This document shows positions 16,730-25,738 of a stretch of 37,403 nt of DNA, one piece after another. This DNA comes from a virus. Taxonomy: Duplodnaviria; Caudoviricetes. The DNA lies in the IMG/VR virus record IMGVR_UViG_3300025137_000108, positions 1-37,403 of that record. One strand, 5' to 3'. Made by a program: the position numbers and the translations under genes. The notes beneath the pieces were generated by a model that saw only the letters and a program-made list of their open reading frames with translations, searched no databases and was not told where the DNA came from. Within the stretch, counting starts at the first letter, position 1; every line of letters begins with the position of its first letter.

Positions 16730-17743
16730 ATGCTTAGTTTTCCTAGAGAGATTGGCTTACGGCGTAAGATTTGTAAATCTCAAGAGGAATATGATAATTA
16801 CGTTAAAAGTATTAATGGTAAATCCTCTTGCTATACCTCTTTGTATAGTTTTCAGCAGATGCACCCTAATATGTCTTGGAAGGTAGATTCTGAGACAGTT
16901 ATTATGGATAGAGCATGGTGGGATTTTGATATTGTAGAGGGTGGGACTCTCGATGATGTAAAAAGAGATGTAGCGGTTTTACTAAATAGACTTAAGGGAG
17001 ATGTAAGGTTAGTCTTTACGGGTAGAGGATTTCATATCCATCAGATGTTCGATAAGGATGTTATAGGTACAACCATAGCCAAGCACGTTGATAGATACGA
17101 GAGAGAGGTGGCTAAGGGGCTAAAAACACTAGATGGTGTTGGTCATCCCCTTAAACTTACACGCATACCTGATACATATAACACTACTAGAAAGAAGTGG
17201 GCTGTTAATGTAGACTTAGATGCTTTCAAAGCAGACCCTTTGGGATATAAGATACCGGAAAGGCCTAGCCCTTCATTAAAAATTAATGACCCATTTAAGG
17301 GAAAAGAAAATCAATCAAACTTTAGTATCATAAAATGGATTGCTAATAATCCTTTACAAGTAGAATACTTACCTGTTACGGGTAGTTTTGACGGAACAAT
17401 AACTTCTGCTAGTCAGATACCTATTCCACCGTGTATAGATAATGCTATGAGGCATGAGAATCCTAGACATGAAGTTAGAATAGCATTGGCTCAACATCTG
17501 TATGAGAATCTTAGGTGGTTTGCACCCCCTTCTACATTAACGGTAAAACAAAAGAATGATATTACCGAAGAAATTATAGATTTTATATCTACATTAGGGT
17601 GGAGAGACTTTAACGAATACACAAGTAGAAAGCACGTTAGAAGTCTACTTAACTACGAGAGAACACCCTCATGTTCGTGGCTACAGACAAGAGGATTATG
17701 TGAAGCATCTTGTTGGCGGGATGACGGTACAAGGAGAAAATAG
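16730..17743 (+). CDS. priS: Archaeo-eukaryotic primase, PriS catalytic domain fused to PriL-like Fe-S domain
   Basis: WWDFD, FTGRGFHIH, LTRIP; C-terminal PPCI...HEVR...PSCSWLQTRGLCEASC. Confidence 0.85.
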   Translation: MLSFPREIGLRRKICKSQEEYDNYVKSINGKSSCYTSLYSFQQMHPNMSWKVDSETVIMDRAWWDFDIVEGGTLDDVKRDVAVLLNRLKGDVRLVFTGRGFHIHQMFDKDVIGTTIAKHVDRYEREVAKGLKTLDGVGHPLKLTRIPDTYNTTRKKWAVNVDLDAFKADPLGYKIPERPSPSLKINDPFKGKENQSNFSIIKWIANNPLQVEYLPVTGSFDGTITSASQIPIPPCIDNAMRHENPRHEVRIALAQHLYENLRWFAPPSTLTVKQKNDITEEIIDFISTLGWRDFNEYTSRKHVRSLLNYERTPSCSWLQTRGLCEASCWRDDGTRRK

Positions 17744-17744
17744 T

Positions 17745-17891
17745 ATGATGCGAACACCTAAACATTCAAGAGTATTTTTTGAAATGATAAATGAAGAATG
17801 CGGTTTCTGTAAAAGTAGATTGGGTTTCCTTTACCCTAAAAATATGCCACCTGTATGTATGAATTGTAGTATGGAAAAACAATCCTCTTAA
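17745..17891 (+). CDS. Small Zn-ribbon protein (48 aa)
   Basis: CGFC...CMNC; AGGAG SD before ATG 17745. Confidence 0.6.
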   Translation: MMRTPKHSRVFFEMINEECGFCKSRLGFLYPKNMPPVCMNCSMEKQSS

Positions 17892-17916
17892 ATAGAGTAA
17901 TAATACTGTAACAAAT

Positions 17917-18621
17917 GTGCTTCTGATAGACGATAGAGAAAACCCCAAAGTAGTTAATAAATTGTTAATGAGATTGGGTGAAGAAAATGCCCAAGTTTTA
18001 AGGATGACTTCTTCTGATTATAGAATAGGTTCTTGGGGAATTGAGGCAAAAGAAATAAATGATTTATACAGAAGTATTCTAGGTCTAGGGAGAAATGGTA
18101 GAACAATAGTACATCAGTTAAGAGAATTACAAGAAGATTTTGATAACCCTATGTTAGTAGTTTATGGAACTAAACTAAAGCCATACATTCATGGTGGTAG
18201 ACCGTCAGCAAAACAGATAGCAATAGAAATGTCTAGGATGAAAAAAGTAAATCAGCAATTTAAAATGACATTTTATCAAAGATTTCCTAAAATTAAATAC
18301 ATGGAATTGACTACTATGGATGATTTTGTAGAATGGTTGGTCATAAACCACACACAAACACAAGTAAAAGAGGCTACCGGACTTAATGTTATGGAAAAAC
18401 AAACTAAAAGCGCAGTAGAAATGAGCAATTTAGACCCTAGAGTCGCTGTTTTATGTTCCCTTAAAGGTATTTCAGTACAAAATGCAGAAGATTTACTAAA
18501 AGAGTTTGGTAGTTTACCTAAATTACTTATGAATAAAAACACCCAAAAATCTTTGATGGATGTTAAAGGTATAAGTAGATACAAAGCACAAAATATACTA
18601 AGTCTTAGAGATAATTACTGA
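17917..18621 (+). CDS. ERCC4/XPF-family structure-specific nuclease with HhH tail
   Basis: IDDRE, SDY, IEAKEINDL, C-terminal LKGIS...VKGIS HhH pair; GTG start 30 nt after CTTAAATA. Confidence 0.85.
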   Translation: MLLIDDRENPKVVNKLLMRLGEENAQVLRMTSSDYRIGSWGIEAKEINDLYRSILGLGRNGRTIVHQLRELQEDFDNPMLVVYGTKLKPYIHGGRPSAKQIAIEMSRMKKVNQQFKMTFYQRFPKIKYMELTTMDDFVEWLVINHTQTQVKEATGLNVMEKQTKSAVEMSNLDPRVAVLCSLKGISVQNAEDLLKEFGSLPKLLMNKNTQKSLMDVKGISRYKAQNILSLRDNY

Positions 18622-21600
18622 ATCTCAAACTTATTAGATGTACCACTAACAGGTGCAGATGCTCTATTTAGTTTTACCTTAATACTTTTTAGTAAAACAC
18701 TATTTCTATCTGAATTATCATCACCTGTTGCCGCTTTTCTAGTAAGTTTAACGGTTATTTTATTACCTGCTTTTACACCATCTAAAGCATTAAGTGGTAT
18801 TAACTCTACTATTTTTTCTTTTGAGTTAGTTTGTACACGAATAGTATTAGATATTGTCTCTCCTGTTTCTTCAATAATTGCGGTTGTATAAAGAATAGCA
18901 GTTTTAGTCGTAGATGCACCTATACCATGACTTAGTTTTGCCGTAATTAAAATATTATTATTTACTACATCATCGGGAATTATAAACTCGGTCTGCAAAG
19001 TAGATTCAAAAGTAGTAGTAGTAGGACTTTCATTTAATAAATCTACCCTACCTTTACCTGCTAGTATATATCCATCAGATGTTACAGATGCGTTACCGCT
19101 TGCAGTTTGTATATCTACATCCATACCTTCTATTCCCTTAAACAACGTAGGTACTTTAGGTGGTTTCTGTTGGCCTAAGATACTAAACTTAGAATTATGA
19201 CTTAGATTATCATTCATCAAAGACATCCTACCGTTTAATTTACCGTAAGCACCTTTACTAAGTTTTCCTATCCCTACCGCCCCTGTTGAAGTAGTAATCG
19301 TATCTCCTTTTGAGTCGTCTGATTGTGTAAAACCATTCGCTGATGTACTTTGTCCATCCGTCTGTACTTGTTCGCTAGAAGTACTACCTTGGGGTATTCT
19401 ATTTGTCTTAAAAACAGTAATAGGTTCAGTATCTTTTCCTGTTATACTACTACTAACTTGTCTTGTCTTTCCTTGATTTGGGAATAAGAATCCTAAAATA
19501 CCACCACTAGATAAAGACTCATCTCTTTCTAATTCAAGTTGTATATCTTCTTTAGAACCCGATACTACATTCCAATTGATACTTTTTATAGTTAATGTTT
19601 CTGCGGTAGATAAACCTATACCTGCATCTGTAAAACTTAAATATGTAGCAGGGATATAGGATAAATCATTAGTAATATGTATTCTAGGTGCGTACCATTC
19701 ATTTCTAGCAGTAGTAAACCCACCATACATTTCTGAATATTTTCTGCCACCTAGAGGGAAAATACTGTTTGTATTTCCTGTTTTCATAAAGCCCGTACTT
19801 ATACCTTCTACTGCATTTGCATTTTTAAGTACTACTAATTGTCCTGCTGTTGCCCCACTACCAACTTCGGTAGGGTTTCCACACCTATGACGTAGCAAAG
19901 CACGACAATATTCTGCGTTAAAACTAACTACTATTTTTGCATTTGTTACTGCGCCATAAGTACTAGGTATATCTATTTCATAAAAACCACTATGTTTTAC
20001 ATTTTTAAATGTGGTGGATTTTAAAGTAGGGGTTCTATTTACGCCATCAAAACTATAATCACAAAGATGTATTCTAAACTCGCAATCGTCTATTGTTGAA
20101 GATACAGATGTGTCAGTTAATGCTACAAATACTCTTAATGACTCTCCGCTAGTGTTACTTGCTTTTGGGGTAAAATTAGGTACATGAACTATCTGCATAG
20201 CATAACTTATAGACCTAGAACCATACCAATAATAATTATCAGCCCAAGCCACGTCATCAGCAGTATGTGTAAAGGCTGATTTACCGTATCGGTGGTACAA
20301 ATCAGTAGAAGTTTTCATATTCCCATCTAACCCGTTAGTCATACCTGAAAAGGGTACGCCACCTGTACCTAAAATAGTCCAAGAATTACCTTTATTTATA
20401 TTTCCGGTGTTATAATCATTTCCTTGTAAGGCTAGTTGCGGGTCGGCTATATAACCGTATCTACCGCTTTCTATCATCTTATTATTATGGTTATTTTCTA
20501 AAATAGGTTTTACCGTAACTGATAACCTAGAGTTTTTAACTTGATTATATTTTTGTTTTGCTACTTGTCGTGCTTCTAAACTACTAATTATTTTTGGGTA
20601 TTCTAATACTGTCCATCTAGTAGTATCTGTTAAAGATGTGTTGGGGTAATCTACAAAAGAATATCCTTTGTTATAATACACTCTAACATTTGTTATTTGA
20701 CCTGCTACATCAGTACTTAAATCAGATATAGTTACGTTTTCTCTTGTTAAAATTAAACCGCTATTATACTTAGGTCTATATTCAAATCTATTGTCTCTAC
20801 CTATCAAGTAAGAGAAGGTTGTTTTAAGCCCGTTTTCTACGCCGAAGCCACTCTTACCCCTTGCATCCTCTACCGTGCTTAGAATCGTCTTAGTACGGCT
20901 ATCTACGATACTTCCGTAGCCATCATTACTAGAGATACTATTATAGGTAGTCATAAGAGATGTGATAGGCACATTATTTATATCAAACATAGTACCCAAT
21001 CTTGTTTTAGGTGTCCACGATTTCATAATTGCCGCATTCCACAACAACCTAAACTTATCGCTGTCGTAAAAACTACCACTATTTTTACTTTGTACATCTC
21101 CTTCAACGTGCATTAATAACCTAAGCATAAATTGACTGCTTACTGTGTTGTGTACAACAACCAAATCAGCCTGTGGGTTATCCCCTGCTATTCTTTGGCT
21201 GACATTTACACCTATACCTTCCATATTACCTTTTAGTAGTGGTGTGTATAAAGCCCATATTTCATTTTCTACGCCTGTTGAAGAAGTTTCTATTGAAGAA
21301 GTAATATGGTCGGCAGTTGTTAAAAACGCATTAGCCAATTGTACAGGCAAAGTATAATCATCAGTATCGCTTTGAGTAGCAGACCATGTACCGGAAACTA
21401 CTATTTGAGTTTCACTTAAAACTGCTAATACATTATGCCTAGTTTCTTTTGTCGTATTTTTAATAACCATACCAATTTTAACACCTTTTGTTTGAAAGGT
21501 TTCTCCTATTTTTGTTATTACTGTGTTAGTAGGATTTGTGGTAGTAATGTTTTGCGTTCTATTGTAAGATGTTATTGTTATACCTGTACCTACTACTGCT

Positions 21601-24600
21601 GTATCTAATTTATATTTCCAAGCAAAATAATATTCTACTGTATCATCACTATCGGCAATATCTACTACTATAAGACCTGCGCCTGTATAATTAAAATTAG
21701 CCGTAGATTCAACAGGTATTCCTCTATCCCCCATTATCAAACCTTCGTCTGCTGTTGTCAAATCCGATATTAACCTTTGGTTATTAGGATGTGGAGAAAT
21801 AGGTGCGGCTGTATTTTTATATGAAGATATTGCTTCCGCATAATAATTATCTATTAGTGCAGGGAATCCCTCAACCGTTGCTACATAATCCCCTAAATCA
21901 GTATTTTTTCCTGTTACTTGGTCTGATGCACCTTTGTTTGCTAGGGTGTTTAGATTGAAAAACCTAGCCGAATCTATAACTATAAATGCACCCGCTTTAT
22001 TTTCCCAATCTTGATAAATACTTAAATCTGTTTCCGAGGCTTCTGCCGGTGCAACCATTACATTACCTACTACTGCATTAGTATTTGTACCTGCGGTAAC
22101 ACCTTTTAAGACAATAGCACTTGTACCAGTAATAGATGCTATTTCATAAGTACCATCATAGTGTAGGCTATTATATACAGTAGCATAAGAACCTACTGTA
22201 TAATTTGTAGTTGTTGGCCCAAAAGTTAGAGTGATAGGGTTGTTAGAAGCAGTAGCAACCACACTTAATTCAAAAGTAGTAGAGTTATTTATACTAGATA
22301 CTGTCGCACCACTAGGAATACCTGTACCGGAAACAGACATACCTACAACAATAGAAGCGGTACTACCCATCGTAATAGTAGCATCTCCATTAGTAGTATT
22401 ACAAGTATTATTTACTAAACCACTAATTAATAATTGGTTAGAGGCGTATGTAATATTTACCGGATTGCCTAAAGAATAATCGGGTGTCTTAGAAAACGCC
22501 GCACCGCTAACAGGTTCGGTTGTAGCATCTACATTCCATATATCTATATCTTCCCCTATTTTTAAGTTAGCAAACTTATCTATATTTCCATCTGTATCTG
22601 TTTGGTCTACATAATAGAGAGAGACTTCATAATTATCTGTTGTTGGGTACTGCAAACCAAAATCTTTTTTTCTTGTAGAGCCGTCTGCATCTGCTCTACC
22701 GTTATTTCTCATATCAGACCAAAGAAGCCAAAGATGTTTATAATCATTAGAAACATTTAAAATTGATACTTTGCCAGTAGAAGTATAATAAGTTTTTGTA
22801 ATATATTTACATCCTATAAGATAATATTTATTACCACTACTAATAAGACCTGTGTACACAAATATAGTAGTATTATCAATACTACTTAATTGTGCTACAC
22901 CACTTTTATGATTAGTAGTTAAATTATTATATAGGGCCTGTGGTATTTCTACTTTATTGTCTCCGGCATTTACTTTTGTGGAAATACTATCTCTAAACAA
23001 AGCAGTACGGTTTATTTTACCAAAGTGATATTGAAACCAAAGACTCTTAGGTAAATCTCGCATCCATCTAGCGTGTATTGGTTTGGTTTTTACTTTATCA
23101 AAATTACCTGCTGTGCTTGCTATAGTACATGAATCTAGGGAAATACTTTTTCTATCATTAGTATCTCTTAATCCATCTTTATCGGTATAAGCCTTACCTG
23201 ATGCTACAAACTCAATACCGTTGTAATCTGTTGATGTAGTAACAACCCACAAAAAAGGATTAATTATTGAGCCTGTATCATAGTAATTCATAATTTTTTT
23301 AACGCCTGTTACTGTGTGTTTACCATCATAACTAGCATTAGAAGAAAGTCCTATTGTAACATCACTTACACAAAACTCATCGTTTATAAGCAAAACAGGG
23401 TCAGCATCAAAGAAAAATGTAACATATTCTGATGTAGCCTCGTCTGAACTAGAATTGGGTAATGCGTTATATCCATTTTCAGCCCTACGCCATGATATAT
23501 AATGACTATAAAAAGCACTTGTGCCGGGTTGTACTATTCTAAGTATAATAGAAGATGCGTTTGTTTCCCCTAGATATTTACCTGCATATACTATTTTAGC
23601 AGTAGGTGTAACATAAGGTACATCACTTGCACTAAAAGTAGCAGAAAGACTTGTTACAGAATCTACGGTATAAGACCCATTAGTAGCCGCATTATTAGAG
23701 CCCCTAATAACAGCAGTAGAACCTTGAGTAACACCATGACCTACTAATAAGTTTATAACTGTTTTACCGTTAGTATCTTGACTGAATCCTTGAGAAAATA
23801 AACCTTCGTATTGTGCTTCTAAATCGTTAGGGCCGAAAACTGTATCTTCGTTATTGTACATTTGTATAGGATGGCCCGAACCTAATTGTGTTCTTTGGTT
23901 GTTTACTTCTAAATAAGAATCATCTACATCAAACCCGACTTTATTACTAAGTGTTTTTAAGGGTAAAGTACCTAGATTCATAATTTGTTTATATCCTTGT
24001 GCATCATATAACCAATAATGAGGTGTTTCTGTATTATTACTAAGGCTTTTTTGCCCTACTTCCCATAGTGGTATTTGTCTATCTAATAAATTAAGATTAT
24101 CATTAGCATTTAATGTTATTGTTCTACCATCATCGTTTCTTTGTTTTATAGACATTTTATCTATTATACCTCTCCATACCGGCCTATCTATTCTTGGTGT
24201 TTGACTAGCAAAAACTAACAAAGACCAATCAACGGGGGTATCACCACTAAATATATTTTTTAGGTTATGTAAATAATCTTGAGAACGCATACCAACATTG
24301 AGATTTGCTGTACCGCCCGATTCTTTTTGGGGGTCATCAGCAATAACAATTTTACAATTAGATACACCGTTTACCGGCATAGAAATATTCATATTTTGTA
24401 TAGGTGCATCATAACTTTTGTAGTTTTTAGCGTCTGTTAAATATCTAACAAGACCCACTCTATCAATCATTAATGTAGTAGTAGTTCCCAACCATGCGGC
24501 TGTTGGGGATGCCTCAATTTCATAACCGTACAAATCTCCCGCATTAGGGCTACCATACATATTTTGGTTAGAAGCAATTATTGTTCCGTTAATATAAACA

Positions 24601-25730
24601 TCAAAAGTACCTGCACCACTATTACCACTATAGTTTAAGACAAAATCTACATCTAACCACATATCATCATTAAATATATTAGATTCTGTAGTGCTTTCAT
24701 ATTGTAGACCTAGTAAATCGTAACTTAAAGAAGAGGCTGACAAATCAATAACATAACTAATTGCGGGCGTACCTGAAAATCCCAAAGATGTAGTTATACC
24801 TTTTTGTGAAGCAGGATAACCTATTTTAAATGTCAAATTAGTAGGTATTTTTCCATTTTCAACAGAACCCGTTCCGCCGGTTGAACCGTTAAATGCCCTT
24901 ACTGCTACTCTTGCGGTAAAAATATCACCATCTAATAGGCTGTTTAAAGGACCATCATAAACTAATTGTGGTTTTCCAATACTATCATTGTATCTATTTC
25001 TCCAAGTTTGTACACACAAAAAAGGCTGTCCCGATGGAGATGAAACAGGCGCAAACAAATTAACAGGGGTTGTGCTTGTAGCATTAAAAGCCAATGTTTC
25101 TCCCATCCAAACACCCGCTAAATGCGCTCTTTGTATAAAATCCCCAACAGCACCTATTTTTCCCGCAATTTTACTAACATAATTAGTATCATGAGGGCCA
25201 CTTCCATTGTAATATGATTTCATACTGCTTCTACCAAAAGTAGCATCGTTATCTCCCGTAGGAATTAAATACCTACCTTCCGTATCGTTGCCGTTTGTAA
25301 TTAATAACCAATCACTAGCGTTACTACCTTCTAATTCTACATTATTAAAAGCATATCTATTAGAAATATGCCCATCGGGATATTGTAGTTGCGCCCTACC
25401 TTCCCATTTTTCTGCATTTTGTCTTATGCTGTCGTAAGATAACCATTCAAACGCACCTTTATTTTTAAGATACTGATTAGTACTATCTACATTATCAACG
25501 TGTGTAGAGCCTATTAAGTTTCTATCAGCAATACTAAATCTATATCTTTGATTTAGAGTAGCCTCTCCATTCATAGGATTTCCAAAATGTGTAAGTGTGC
25601 TTGCGTAAACACCTGTAGAATATGTATTAGTAGGTGTATTAAAATCATCTGAGATAGCCCTAGCACCCATAAAGTCATCATAATATCCGGCAAGCCAAAT
25701 ACTATACATACTCGTAACGTGTCTTACCAT
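18615..25730 (-). CDS. Giant tail tip/hub (Tal-like) protein with multiple inserted beta domains
   Basis: 2371 aa, directly after the tape measure gene; hub-like PVWRGIIDKM...TITLNAND and QITNVRVYY...EARQVAK; Ser/Thr/Gly/Asn-rich; AGGTGA SD. Confidence 0.75.
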   Translation of the reverse strand: MVRHVTSMYSIWLAGYYDDFMGARAISDDFNTPTNTYSTGVYASTLTHFGNPMNGEATLNQRYRFSIADRNLIGSTHVDNVDSTNQYLKNKGAFEWLSYDSIRQNAEKWEGRAQLQYPDGHISNRYAFNNVELEGSNASDWLLITNGNDTEGRYLIPTGDNDATFGRSSMKSYYNGSGPHDTNYVSKIAGKIGAVGDFIQRAHLAGVWMGETLAFNATSTTPVNLFAPVSSPSGQPFLCVQTWRNRYNDSIGKPQLVYDGPLNSLLDGDIFTARVAVRAFNGSTGGTGSVENGKIPTNLTFKIGYPASQKGITTSLGFSGTPAISYVIDLSASSLSYDLLGLQYESTTESNIFNDDMWLDVDFVLNYSGNSGAGTFDVYINGTIIASNQNMYGSPNAGDLYGYEIEASPTAAWLGTTTTLMIDRVGLVRYLTDAKNYKSYDAPIQNMNISMPVNGVSNCKIVIADDPQKESGGTANLNVGMRSQDYLHNLKNIFSGDTPVDWSLLVFASQTPRIDRPVWRGIIDKMSIKQRNDDGRTITLNANDNLNLLDRQIPLWEVGQKSLSNNTETPHYWLYDAQGYKQIMNLGTLPLKTLSNKVGFDVDDSYLEVNNQRTQLGSGHPIQMYNNEDTVFGPNDLEAQYEGLFSQGFSQDTNGKTVINLLVGHGVTQGSTAVIRGSNNAATNGSYTVDSVTSLSATFSASDVPYVTPTAKIVYAGKYLGETNASSIILRIVQPGTSAFYSHYISWRRAENGYNALPNSSSDEATSEYVTFFFDADPVLLINDEFCVSDVTIGLSSNASYDGKHTVTGVKKIMNYYDTGSIINPFLWVVTTSTDYNGIEFVASGKAYTDKDGLRDTNDRKSISLDSCTIASTAGNFDKVKTKPIHARWMRDLPKSLWFQYHFGKINRTALFRDSISTKVNAGDNKVEIPQALYNNLTTNHKSGVAQLSSIDNTTIFVYTGLISSGNKYYLIGCKYITKTYYTSTGKVSILNVSNDYKHLWLLWSDMRNNGRADADGSTRKKDFGLQYPTTDNYEVSLYYVDQTDTDGNIDKFANLKIGEDIDIWNVDATTEPVSGAAFSKTPDYSLGNPVNITYASNQLLISGLVNNTCNTTNGDATITMGSTASIVVGMSVSGTGIPSGATVSSINNSTTFELSVVATASNNPITLTFGPTTTNYTVGSYATVYNSLHYDGTYEIASITGTSAIVLKGVTAGTNTNAVVGNVMVAPAEASETDLSIYQDWENKAGAFIVIDSARFFNLNTLANKGASDQVTGKNTDLGDYVATVEGFPALIDNYYAEAISSYKNTAAPISPHPNNQRLISDLTTADEGLIMGDRGIPVESTANFNYTGAGLIVVDIADSDDTVEYYFAWKYKLDTAVVGTGITITSYNRTQNITTTNPTNTVITKIGETFQTKGVKIGMVIKNTTKETRHNVLAVLSETQIVVSGTWSATQSDTDDYTLPVQLANAFLTTADHITSSIETSSTGVENEIWALYTPLLKGNMEGIGVNVSQRIAGDNPQADLVVVHNTVSSQFMLRLLMHVEGDVQSKNSGSFYDSDKFRLLWNAAIMKSWTPKTRLGTMFDINNVPITSLMTTYNSISSNDGYGSIVDSRTKTILSTVEDARGKSGFGVENGLKTTFSYLIGRDNRFEYRPKYNSGLILTRENVTISDLSTDVAGQITNVRVYYNKGYSFVDYPNTSLTDTTRWTVLEYPKIISSLEARQVAKQKYNQVKNSRLSVTVKPILENNHNNKMIESGRYGYIADPQLALQGNDYNTGNINKGNSWTILGTGGVPFSGMTNGLDGNMKTSTDLYHRYGKSAFTHTADDVAWADNYYWYGSRSISYAMQIVHVPNFTPKASNTSGESLRVFVALTDTSVSSTIDDCEFRIHLCDYSFDGVNRTPTLKSTTFKNVKHSGFYEIDIPSTYGAVTNAKIVVSFNAEYCRALLRHRCGNPTEVGSGATAGQLVVLKNANAVEGISTGFMKTGNTNSIFPLGGRKYSEMYGGFTTARNEWYAPRIHITNDLSYIPATYLSFTDAGIGLSTAETLTIKSINWNVVSGSKEDIQLELERDESLSSGGILGFLFPNQGKTRQVSSSITGKDTEPITVFKTNRIPQGSTSSEQVQTDGQSTSANGFTQSDDSKGDTITTSTGAVGIGKLSKGAYGKLNGRMSLMNDNLSHNSKFSILGQQKPPKVPTLFKGIEGMDVDIQTASGNASVTSDGYILAGKGRVDLLNESPTTTTFESTLQTEFIIPDDVVNNNILITAKLSHGIGASTTKTAILYTTAIIEETGETISNTIRVQTNSKEKIVELIPLNALDGVKAGNKITVKLTRKAATGDDNSDRNSVLLKSIKVKLNRASAPVSGTSNKFEIQ

Positions 25731-25738
25731 TAAATCAC

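Noticed and set aside
7813-17744. Longer ORF-track starts at 7813, 15305, 15651, 16697 and 17700
   Set aside because: They overlap upstream genes or promoters; downstream ATGs (7897, 15401, 15714, 16730, 17745) have SD or promoter support.
934-18584. Minus-strand ORFs in the left arm (e.g. 1797-2141, 7697-8059, 9533-9892, 11440-12027, 12079-12465, 18276-18584)
   Set aside because: Antisense shadows of well-supported + strand genes; no motifs or SD sites.
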